DNA of 64,000 nucleotides. Source: Chrysomallon squamiferum. Taxonomy: Eukaryota; Animalia; Mollusca. Of this stretch, positions 40,885 to 53,900 are shown one piece after another. Where the stretch lies: positions 9,114,001 through 9,178,000 of the forward strand of contig CM022671.1 of NCBI GenBank assembly GCA_012295275.1. Direction: 5' to 3'. Both the position numbers and the translations under genes were made by a program. Under the pieces are notes generated by a model. The model saw only the letters and a list, made by a program, of their open reading frames with translations, ran no database searches and was not told where the DNA came from. Positions within the stretch are counted from its first letter, which is position 1. Every line of letters starts with the position of its first letter.

Positions 40885-41048
40885 CTACATGCCGTTGTGC
40901 ACGTTCGATGCTGTTGGAGGTGCAAGCAGATCTTTGTATTCATGTAGTGCTTCTTTGAGTGCGCGGCAGACATTGGGCGACGATGACGTGGTGCAGTCAA
41001 CAAGAGCTGGGTACAGCTGAATAACCTGCTGCCAGACGTTGTGCTTGA
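40885..41048 (-). CDS. MON2: MON2 terminal coding exon [18 protein letters not shown]...SNVHNGM*
   Basis: ttccag|TC...TAG (stop at 40885-40887). Confidence 0.94.
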
Positions 41049-43338
41049 CTGGAAACAGTTAAATAACAGAAAGAACAAATGAAGAAAAATATATTAAAAA
41101 ACAAAATTAACCAAAAAAAAAAAAAAAAAAAAAAAAATAATAATAATAATAAAAATATATATAAATAAAAAAAATAATAATGATAAAAAAATAAAAAATA
41201 AGAAATAAAACAATTAATAAGTTAAAAAGAAAATTAAAATACAAAAATGCAAAAATGCAAAAATAAAATAATAATAATAAAAACAAAAGGAAAAAATAAA
41301 AAATGAATGTGAGTTTATTTATTTATTATTTTTTTAAAGGTTTTTTGAATACTTGCAACTGATCATTTACTGTACAATAATCAGATAATTTCAACCATTT
41401 ACAATTTTTCTTGAAACTATGCTAATTAAATAAACTGAGTAACAATATTTTTAATTATTATATAAGAGGTAATTTGCAAGAGGGTTTACATACCATTTAT
41501 CACTTTTAAAGAAAATGCTAAAAAAAAAAAAAAAGGATATAAGGTGATGCCATTAAAAATTCAGTGGTATTTTAGCACTGGATGTCATGATTTAGATTTG
41601 TCATCATGAAGCAATGGTTAATATAAGTTAGAGTACCAAACAGAGTTTTGTCAAAAATGGATCTAAGCCCTTTTGCAGTTTAATTGTTTATTTGATAATT
41701 ATTGATGAAAAACTGTTCATTGAATAGTATTGGCTAAATTATCCAGTTTATTAGAATCTGGATTTTGTTTTAACCAAAAATGTTAACATAATTAAAGAAA
41801 ATTTGATTTTATAATTGATTTTTTTTGACAAGATAAAAGTCAGTATTTATGAACATTTCACCTGCTCTGTTTGAAAGTGTGTAGGTTTAACTTACTGTTG
41901 TTGGGTGGTGCTTTCTTTAAGGACACTAACAAAGTGGTGATTGCTTTCAGTACTGAGGATATCTCAGCAAGGCGAGGTCTGGAAAACACAAAAAACACAA
42001 AATTCTGTATCACATTAAATTAAATAAATAATCTGTAATAAATAAATACAATATCAAAATAATTAAAATTAATACTATTTATTTGAAATTAAATAAATAA
42101 TCTGTATTAAATGAATACAATATTAATATAATTTAAATTAATGCTGTGTTATTTAAAATTAATACTATGAATTTAAAATTAATACTATGTTATATTAAAT
42201 TAATACTACATTATATTAAATTAAAAAAATAATCTATATTAAATGAATACAAAATTAAATTAATTTAAATTAATACTATATTATGCTAAATAAAATGAAT
42301 ACTGTGTATTAAATTAAACTAGCACTATATTAATTAAATTAATACTATTCTAAATCTAATACTACAGTAAATTAAAGAGTAATTCCATGATTACATTACA
42401 TGTGCTTTAGAGACATAATGTCTTACAACCAGTGTTGTGTTAACTCATATTGTATTAAATCATAACTAATAACTGATATTAATTTTCATATATTTTTACT
42501 GTCACAAAATGAATTCAGAAGAAAGACTTTTCAGCTTTTCAAATATGTCTTCAGTGATTAGTAATTGATCTTTAGTTGAGGTTGATACCTAAATACTGAT
42601 TCTGGGTTGTGGGCATTTAAAAACTACTTTTCCCAAAAAAAAAAAAAAATTCTAAGTTATTGCCTTATTGTAGTAACTGAAGAAAAAAAAAAAAAAAAAT
42701 AAAAAATAAAAATAATAATAATAATAAATAAACAAAACAAAACAAAAAAAAATGACATAAAAGATAATGAACAATATTTGTGGAACGGTCTATATTGACC
42801 TTCAACTAAGGTCAGTGCTCTTGACAAGATGACCACTCACCTGGGCAATGGACATTTGCCACTGAGCCGTTCATCTTCTACATATTTCTTGACCACCTCC
42901 TGGCACCTCTGAAGTAGGGATAACACGGCCAGCTTTGTGATTGACCCTTCTTTACTGTCAGATTTCGGCCCAACAAATGAAAACTGAAGAAGCGTTTCAA
43001 AACAGGTCTTTGCGAAATCCTCTCTTAGCTTACGACTTGATTCTGTATCTGAAATAGAAGATGAATCTGTTCCTATTATTAAAATATGACAGTCCTGAGT
43101 TGTTTGTGTCTTGTAGAAATTAAAATACATATCTAACAGTTTGTACCTGGTAGAAATAAAAATATATGTATCACAGTTAGAAAATAAATTATAACAGTTG
43201 TATGATGTTTGTATCTTGTAGAAATTTCTAGGTATATACAAACCATATAATACAAATAATAGATAAATAAATATTATAGTATTGATAATTATGATAATAA
43301 TAACAATAAAATAATAAATGTAACAATAATACAATGAA

Positions 43339-43408
<70 letters not shown>

Positions 43409-44928
43409 GTAATAATAATGATAATAATAATGATATAAAAATAATGATAATAAAAACAACAAAAACAAAAATATCTTGCTAAAACTGAGATAATTAAACC
43501 TACCAACAAAACTGTCTGAGGTGGTTGAATGTATTGATCCCTTGTTAAGAATGTCCATGATTCTGACCACAAAGTCCTGAGGTACGAGATGGGCACGTGG
43601 CAAAATATCATCCCTTATCAACTGTACCACCTGAACACAAAAATACAGAGTTTATTACTGAACATCCAGTACAAAACATGCACACTCTGAAAAACAGAAA
43701 ACATACAGGTGGATATCTACACCAGGGGTCAGCATATTTTTAAGTCCAAGAAACGCTTGATTTCTCACTGACCCTACCCAAAACATGTAAAATAAAGATA
43801 TAAATATTATCAATACATTTTTGACAATTATGATGAAAAAAAAAAAAAAAAAAGTTAAAAAAAGAAAAGATCATATATATCACAAGCTTCTTAAACCCAA
43901 ACAAGCCTGCCATAACTGACTCGTGTTAACTGACCTTCTTTGACCCACAGATATTCACTGACCCTTTGAATAATTTAAAAAAAAAAAAAAAATTACTTGT
44001 AATGTTTTTTGTTTTTTTTGGTAAATTGTCCATTGTCAACAAATCAGACATATGAATATAAATAAATAAATAAATAAAAACAATAAAATAAAATAAAATA
44101 ACATAAAATTTGAAAAATATATTAGTTTTAAATTTTATGTCTGGTGGAAAATACAGTAATTAATTTTTATTTTTATTTATTTTGAAAACTTTCATTTAAC
44201 AGATTTCAAACAGTTTTCTTCGTCAAGTTATTTTTTGCATGAATTTGTCCAAATTAAGAAAAATTTGACTGGTTTGGTTATTCTTTTTAAAAAGCATCCA
44301 TTTTAATCTATCTCACTGAATATGTACCTAATGCCTTCCATTTTTCTTCTTGGCAAAAGCTATTTATTTTTTTATATTTCTCACTTTTAAAAAGTAGGTT
44401 GAGAGAGAGAAAAAAAAGAGTGTCATGTAATATATAATAATGTCAGCTAAAACATAAAACTTGATATGAAATAAAATAGTCTGACATTTCGTTATTTTTT
44501 TTAAATTTAAACCCATCGATAATAATCATTGTGGAGCCTTGAATAAAAAATATCATCTGTCAGTTCATTATTTTCTAATACATTTTGTTTTTATGTGATT
44601 TACTGCTAAACACTGGTTTACTTTTATCGTAAACAAAATGAAAAATTAAAACCTTTGTGACAAGAGAAATGTGTAGTATTTGGCGTAACACAGAGAAATT
44701 AAATTAAAAGTGAAGTGATTACTGGTATTTACCTTGCAGTCGATTGCTTCATCTCTCTGGAAATCTTCAACAGACTGTGTGGGTGGAGATGGCCTAGAAA
44801 GATTAGAACAAATAAAATAAAATATTGTACTTTTTTTTTTTAAATGATAATTTGCACTTATAAAAGGATGAATAACTGAAATGAACTATAATCTGTCAAA
44901 GTAAAAAAAAAAAGAAATTTCAATAATA

Positions 44929-44997
<69 letters not shown>

Positions 44998-47900
44998 TTC
45001 TTCTATCTAAGATAAAAAAATTCAAATAAGACACAAGTAGATGATACTTTTTCATCATACTGTATCAGAATAGATCTGTCACAGTACATCAAGAGATTCT
45101 GTTGTAACTTTTTCTGACTGGTGAAATGATCACTGTGGATGCTGGGTACTTCAAATTTGTGACAGCTATAGCAGGATCACTAAAGATATTTAAGAGTTGA
45201 AACACTATTTCAGTTCTGTCTTTTTTAACTTTTTTCAAATTCAGTGACTATTATGAAATATTTTTGATATTTTAGATTAGTAGTACATTCATACATTTTA
45301 TCCAGTTTTATGAAATATTTAAATAATTTTAAAACAGACTTATAAAAATTTTAAACAAAGTTGTAATAACATACGATTTGGAAAAAAGAAAATCTTCAAA
45401 AGCATTTGCCAGTTCTGTCCACATAGCTGCACATGCAGCATCTAAAATGACAAATATTGTTATTGAAAAATATAATTACTAAAGCAAAAAAAAAAAATCA
45501 AAAAAAGACAATACAGGCCTTGAACTTAACAATTTAAATGGCCAACAACTTGTAAAAATGATTAGAACTGAACAATTAAAAAGAAACATGTTTTAATGAC
45601 AAAATACTGAAATTAAGGGATCAAAATTATTTCTTGTGTTCTGAGACATAAAAAGGTACATTTATGAAAACTATATTAACTGATGATATACTTAATTGAA
45701 ATTAGATTAAAAAAATTATCCTTATAATATTATGAAGTCGGAATATAATTAAAAGCATTACTGGCTAAGAAAAACAATATTAATGTATGATATAATTATG
45801 TTTTTCTAATATAATAATTTTTCCTAAATGAAGACACTGCCAATACAACATAAAACAACAAAAACTATGGCAGTAATAATAATATGGTGATAGTGATGAT
45901 ACGATGCAGATAATAATAATAACCATCTTTAGAAATATAATGTTGATCCATGGCAAGATATCTGCAGTGATACACCAATGTCTGTTTTGTACCTTTTTAA
46001 CTATGTAAAATACTGATTCTGACTCACCATGTTTTTCTGCAATTGGCAGCCCAACAGTGAGCACTGAGAACAGTGAGTTGATGACCAAGATCCACGTGGA
46101 TGCAGATGGGCAGTCATACTTTAAACTTAGTGGCAAGCGGAAAGCCTGAAACAGTAAAATAATTCACATTAAATATAAATTATTTAGTCATTTTTACACA
46201 CAATTCTCAGTGAGTAATTAATTAGTGTGGAAAATCAGGGTTTTTAAAATAAAGAATTAGAGAATGTTGTTGGTGAATAGTAATAGAGATTTATGTGAGG
46301 AAAACAGCAACATTCCTTATTGGATGTACTGAGAAAATATGGTTTATAAATATTTATTTTCATTTCAGATCATCCCAGGAAAATAAAACTGAAATAATAA
46401 AGAAACTTTTCTTCTTCTTTTATTATATATACAAATGAAAAACACAGCAGTTTAAATAACATCACCTTAGCTTTATGAATTATATGATTACACCAAGAAA
46501 ACATTAGTAAAAATATTTAAAAAAACGAAAAAAAGATAAAAATAATTTCTTTTTGTTAGTGCTGTTTAATTAGTAAAATTCTCTGTAGCTTTATCAAGTT
46601 TCTGTTTCTGTTCAAACCTCGTTTTACTGTCATTCAGAGCGGACTGGACACTAGCTTGTATTAGACTAGTTAATAAAACTGTAATTATAAAAGAAATCTT
46701 AATTTGCCATTCATGGTGGTAATTAATACAAAGCATAATATTATACCTAACAATTCATTTAATTATATTTGACAGTTTATTTAGATTGGTAAATTACATT
46801 TTAAAGTAACATGAATCTAGAGTGGCTTGTGTATAATACTGTAATATAAACTACCTTTGAGAATGTAAAGAGGGCCCAGCTATAAATTCTGATACACACT
46901 TAGATCACATCTCACTGTACATGCTTATCCTTGTAGCTAAGAAAAATATTATTAAATCATTATATTACAACTCCATCTAATAACTGTAAATATAAACCTT
47001 CTTCTTTGAGCTGTTGCCAAGCTGTCAAATTACAAATTCTCATACGTAAAATAGATAACTTATCACTGTAGCTGCAACATTTAAATCATTACATTAAAAC
47101 TCCAATACTGAGATCTAATAAGTGTGAATGTAAATCATCTTCTTTGAAATGTGGCCTGTTATAAATTCTAATACAAACTTAGATAACTTATCACTGTAGG
47201 CTTATCATCTGAATACTATTTTAATCAATACATAAAACTACATCAGTGACATCTAACAACTTGTAAATGTATCCCTTCTTCTTTGAAAGTGGCCATGATG
47301 TTATATTATGAAGTCTTATACATATGGAGAAGAATATTATTTTAATAATTATATTAATAGTTCTTCAGTGACCTTTCACATATAAAGTTGTGTTGAGGTG
47401 TTTATTCATTTATTAGTTAATAAAAACAACTAATTCTGTATGTTCAGAGAGCACAAACTGTTTTTCGTGTCAATAATAATTAGCATGTTTTCATTAATGA
47501 CATGTTCAAGCAAGCATGTCTTGGGTACAAGCTCTGAGAACACCAGTTTTCCATGTGCTGAGTACATGTCAGTTTTTAACTAAGATGGTAATCAGTTTCC
47601 AAAAAAATAATAAGTAAGTAATTAATAATAATAATAAATGTTTTAAAAATAATAAAAGCAATCTTTATGTGTATAAACCTGAAGATATAACATAACATTA
47701 CAAATATAAATTGAGTTCTGAACAGATTTTATAATATATATTTGAAATTATGGTGAAACTTAATTAAGTCCTGAATTTAAAATATAAATGTGAATTCATA
47801 AAATATTTTTGAAAAAGGGACCATAATGAGAAAAGTGAAATAAAAGTTTAAATCAAGTTGTGAAAAAGATTATTAATAATTATTTTTAAAAAAATGTTCC

Positions 47901-50900
47901 CTATAAAATCCCAAACTATATGCAAACTACCAATATATCCCAAGAAGTTCTGTGAGCTCTAAATGTATAATGTGATGACTGTAACAACATTAAACAAGTT
48001 GAGGTCATGGGAGTTGTTTGTGAAAATTCACCTCTAATTAAGGATTCTTTCAACACTTGAGGTTGGGCAGTGGTCATCTCATTGCTTACCAATTAAACTG
48101 TTTGTAAAGGCTAGAAACCTGTACACACTGGACATAACTGAAGCAGTGAAGCAAGCCGTGGCTGCAGAACAACTGGCATCCATGCTTGACCAGTCACGAG
48201 TGACCGACCATGCAGCAGCCGGTTAGCTAACATTGTGATGGGCATTATCAGAAGTTGCATAACGTCCAGCAGGCTGGTCCATAATGTCACATGACTCTGG
48301 GCTTAAAAATAACATGGTTGAGAAAGGTCAGGCTTTTGAAAGCTGCAAATTAATTGGTCAGCTGGCCTGGTAGTGGTGTTAAGTTTTTGTGCAACACTGG
48401 TCAGAGGTTTCGTAACCGGTGGTCAGTTCTGAACCTTCAGTTGAAAGAGAAAGTGGAGAAGTCATCAGCTCTGTGCAGGGCCAGAGTTGCTGTTGTGCAA
48501 GCCGACTGGCAAAATTAATAAGGTAATATTGGCTTACTCCGTCATCATCATCATCATCAGCAGCAGCTACAGCAGTGGAGGACTACACAACTTTGTTTTA
48601 TCTAAAGACTTTATTAACTGATTATGATTTACTGGAAAATTCTTCATGTAAAGCCACACTGAAGGTTTGTACTGAAATTAAGTGTTGTCAGCTAGATGGT
48701 CAGTTGTTTTTGTTATTATTATTAAATGACTGCCATAACAATTATTTTTTTTTTTGAAAAAAAAAAAAAAAAAAAAATGAAAAAAAGTAATTATAATTAT
48801 TTTTTGTTTTTTAAATTTTGGAGTAAATGTGTTATGAATAAAACACTTTATTATTTTGTTTTAAATCTGTCACTTTTTCACCTTGAATTGTAATTTTCAA
48901 ATGGACATCATTTATTTTCTTCTTATATAAAGTTTAATCTGAATATCATTTGAAATATTTCAAATGTTTCTTTACTTTGTATAATTTATATTACATGGAA
49001 AACAGTGAGAGAAAATATATAAAACTTCATTTGAAATTTATGAATGAAATACTTAAAATATTGACTGAAAGCCAATCCCAAAAAATTCTTACTCCCATTA
49101 TTACAAAAATTAAAAGTATATTGAATGACATCTTTATTATAATATTTCTAAATTATTACTGCAGGTCTTTCTTCAATATATATATATATTTAATGAGCTT
49201 GTATTTTCAAAGATCATTCCTATATTATACTGAATGCTAAAAGTTAAAAATATATTTTTTCATTTTAATATTATATGTTGTAGATGCTAGGAAACAGAAA
49301 ATAAAACAGCAAGAATTAAATACTTGAGACTGCAGAAAGTTTAGAAATATTTGCAACATTTATTAAAAATTACTGCAGTTTAGAAATAAATTGCTAATAA
49401 AAATCAATATGAAATTAAAAATGTATTATTATACAATGGGAATTTTTTGCTTTAAATAAATATTAAAATAATTAGTCTGAGAAAAATATAAAACAAACTG
49501 AAGAAGGCTGAATGTTTTGACTAAAATGTATTTCTCACAATATTCTCAATAGTTGTTTTTTTTAAATGCCATTAATTTTTGGAGCAATATGATTCTAAGC
49601 TAGAGAAGCTGTAACAGTCATGTATGGCATTCTTCAAGCAATAAATGGTGCAGAAATCAAATATGACTCAAGGTTATGGTCATGCATGATGCAACATTAG
49701 ACAACATTACCATGGAAATGGGTCAATGGCCCCTAACACTCCTATTTTACCCAAGGACTAAAAGCTGTAGATCATCCCGTGGTCAGTTAATAAGAAGGCC
49801 CAGAGAAGGTTGCAAATAAATTAAAAAATAATAATTAAACCTGAAAATGTCTTTTCAACAAAATAAATTATAACAAAAACAAGTTAATAGGTATTACTGA
49901 AAAAAAAAAGTTATTACAAAAATAATAATTATTTTAAACATATAAGAAGTATGTTATCACTTAGTTATTTAAAAAGAACCCTGAACAGGCCCTTCCCCAA
50001 CAGTTGGAAAAATGTTCAAACTCCAATTCTATTGAGATTGCATCATGTTATATAATTCTATGGAGTCATTACCTATGGCCAGCAAACTAAGCTCACAAAC
50101 AGTCAGTACAATTATCAGCCTTTGCAAACTGTTACTAGGCATGGCATAACACCTGCTGAGAAAGCCAGGCTAAATCAATAGAAGAGAATATTTGTGAGAA
50201 CTCACAACAACAAATTGACAAGTAGGAATCAACTGGAATATGGTTGTTGTGTGTGACAAATACTTTATATTCATAAAATGTCAAAGTAAAATATGATGAT
50301 CTATAATGAAAAACTTTATTAGTTTTTCAGACAAATGTTAAAAGTTGAATATTGTTGTTTTTTAATACTAAATACTTTTTTTTTTGCTTAAAGTTAAATT
50401 TTTTGGCAATGCTAAATAACAAACAAATATTTTCAGTGGATTATCTAAAATTATGCATTTTTAAAAGTAATATGTATTGGATAATGTATACAGAAAAGAA
50501 AAATATGATTGGATAATATATGTTGAAAGGCAATACATGACTGGATATTGAATACTAAAATGTAATATGATTGGCTAATGTATGCAGAGAGGTAATCCAT
50601 GATTGGTTATTATGTGTTGAATACTGATAAATAATCTTTAATTCTGTACTATAATCTGTGACTGGTTATTATGTTGATACTAGCAGTTGTAAGTTAATGT
50701 GTTAAGTCTTGCAACTGTTTGTGTATCAACAAGTATACAATGTATACAGGTCTATTTTTGTTGTAATATACAAGACAGATTTAAGATTATTTGTAACATA
50801 TAGCTCCTAAAATAATCAACTGATAGATTTTTGAATTGCTTGAAAAAAAAAAATGATATGATAATAAATTAAAAGTAAAGCTAAATCTAATCTGTATTAG

Positions 50901-53900
50901 GTCAAAAACCCAAGAAAATATGTCACAAAAATTTATTTAAAATTCTAAAATATATTTGTATTCTGAAATGAACCCATTTTCTAATGCAAATAATTATAAC
51001 CAAAAGGGAATAAAAGCTAGAGAGCTAAATGATAAAATGATTTGAAGAGCTATTCAGTTATAAGTTTGTATAAAAAAAGAAGAAAAAAAAGATTTAGTCT
51101 CATTTAGATCATCATGGCTGTTTTAAATTTCAGTCTACCTAAAATTTTGGTCTATGAATGGCAGTTTTGTGAAGGTAATGTTTACAGATAGGAATCCATC
51201 CATCTCCAGCCTGTCATACCTGCTCCATGTCATCTCTTTGTGCTTACAGCACTTCACGTAACCATTTGTCCAGTGACATAACCCAGACCCTGCACACTTG
51301 GCCCCAGTTTACTGTCAGTGGGGTAACAGTGCTTCTTACACACAAACCTGTCCTTACTTCCAGCAGCCATAACTTGATCCAAGTGTGGATGAAATGTTAG
51401 CCAGAATGAAGTAACAAAACATCACCATCACGGTTCTGTCCTCATCATTTTCTATCAGTGAGATCTTGATGTTACGGGAGATGAAGTAACTGGGAATACC
51501 AGGTTATAATCAGAGGCTTCATTTTACTACTCCATCTTTCAGCCTCCATTAAATTAGCATCAGTGAGGTAACAGGATCACAGGCTTGGATGGAACAGTGT
51601 CCTTAAAGAACACATTAAATAGCTTTTATGAGAATTCCATGAACAAGGAGTACTTGGGTTGTAAAGATTTTGTTTTCTTTCTTTAAGTCTAGACAGAAAT
51701 GTATTTACCATATAACACCATCTATTTAAATTAATTCACAGACTTTTGAGTACATGTAACAATTGTCTAAAACTGACATTGTAAAAGAATGACTGGCAAT
51801 TTTCATCACATGTAATTTTAAGTCATCTTTCTTAGATAAAATTGATAATTTTTAAAAACTATATTAGTAGCAGTCACTGGTTGCAAGTCAAAACAACTTC
51901 CAAATTATTATTATTATTATTTATGATTTCTTTTTTAAAAAACATTTTTAACTTCAGTAACAAAAATTGTAAGTATCTTTTAAAAATATAATAAAATAAT
52001 TATTAACAAATACTGCTTCAGTAATAACTGATTTTGTATTTCATCAGACATGGTAACGAAGACTCACAGCATATTAAATTGAGTATACGAATTAAATTTA
52101 AACAGCTAATAAAAGACTAATTGTTAATTTTTGAGATACATAAATAAGTCACAGACTTGCAGAAAAATGTACAAGGAAGTGTAAATAATTCTGAAACCTG
52201 AGGCAGAATTTAATAGTTAACTGGTCTATTCTTGATTACGTAACATGTCACTTTATGATCAACTGTTTTTTGAGAAAAAAATAAATCAATCTTGACAGTA
52301 ATAAACTGTTATGTAAACAATGAGATTATAGGAATTGTCTTGATCTAGCTTTTGTTTTTATTTTATTTTAAAGAATTTAAAGCAATGTCTTTGTTTCCTA
52401 ATCTAAACAAGATAAATGTTATTTATTACATTATAATAGGTGAGATGGAACACACTAAAATTCTAGAGCTTTTTTTATTATTATTATTTTTTTATATCAT
52501 TATTTCTCTTTAAAATTCTAGATGGTAATGATATAATTTTTGATTATTCCTAGACACCTAATAATTCCTTTAACTTGTATTTTCATATTCTTAATATATT
52601 TTCATATATTTATTTTCAGGTGATGTTCACCTGATCTAAAGCTGACAGCAAGAATTGTTGTAATTTGTTTTTCACATATCTGTGAGTGAAGTTGACAAAA
52701 AATGGAAAATGCATAGTTCATATGACCTATCAATGCATGGGCGAGACAATGTCGGGGACCGCCCATTCAAATCTTATCCCCACCACCCACAAGCCACAAT
52801 GCCATCTTCCTACTATGGCTCGGGCTACCCCACACAATCATACATGAACCAGTCTGCAAACTGTGGCATGCAGCTGCCTCATACTACTTCCCAGGACTAC
52901 TCCCAGTCAATGTCAGCATGCCGCGGTGGACTGGAAATGCCACTTCCAGGGACTTCAAGTTCAGATGGACTGCATTCAGGAAATGGCCACAATCGTCCTA
53001 TGCATCTCATGGACATGAATGTATCAATGACCAAGCAGGACGAAGATGACCACTACAGCCACCACAGTTCTCCGGGTATGGCATCCACTTCCATGAACTC
53101 ATCGTCAAGTCCTTTAGATGACCACGACACCAGCAACTCACCAGGAAAAGATGGAGATGCAGATGGCTCCTTTAAAATGCCTCCCAAGAAGCGTCCTGTT
53201 AATGTGGGTGAAGAACAGAAGGATGAGGGATACTGGGAGAAGAGAAAAAAGAACAACGAGTCTGCAAAAAGATCGAGAGAAGCTCGTCGCATGAAAGAAG
53301 AACAGATTGCACTTAGAGTTGTCTTCCTCGAGCAGGAAAATCTTCAGCTTCGCACAGAGGTGTCACTGCTGAAGAGTGAGATTGAAAAACTCAGGTGCAT
53401 GCTGTACAATTCTTGAAATGGGATGTGTGGTGATGTTTGATTGAATTAAAAACAAAACGAGAAAACTATGCAACATGTTGCTAAAGGATCTTTTACGTAA
53501 CTTGAATGTTCAGCTGGAAAAATTGTTGTGGATTAGAAATACTAAATATGTATGTGAAATTCTGATGGCTTAATGGAAATGTAAAAATTAAACGGAAAAA
53601 GAGAAAACTTTGTTGTGCTTTTGCCAGCTTAGAATAAAACCATGTAAATACTTCAATGTTTATTTGTTGTTGATATATTAACAAAAAATATTTTTTTAAT
53701 TATGTCTGAAGTGAGAAAGACACAAATAAGGGAAAAAAGAAAACCATAATTTTTTTTTTAAATATTTATTTAAATTCTGACAATTTCAGTGTGAAGCAAG
53801 CAGTGAGAATTTAAACATCTTAAATCCATGATTAAAAATAAGAATTATGGACAGGTTGTCATTTTCTTAAGCTGCATTAACTTATATATTTATTTATTGG

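Noticed and set aside
42796-42814. TGACCTT-caact-AAGGTCA inverted repeat near a MON2 donor
   Set aside because: Only a 7-bp stem, expected by chance in 64 kb, and it does not cover the splice site.
43049-43072. Alternative in-frame MON2 acceptor 24 nt upstream
   Set aside because: Poor polypyrimidine tract compared with the 43048 site; no further support.
43722-43970. CAGGGGTCAG...TGACCC possible MITE
   Set aside because: Ends do not form a convincing terminal inverted repeat and no target-site duplication is visible.
52682-52708. N-terminal extension of the bZIP ORF in the track
   Set aside because: It starts at GTG; the first in-frame ATG is 52709.
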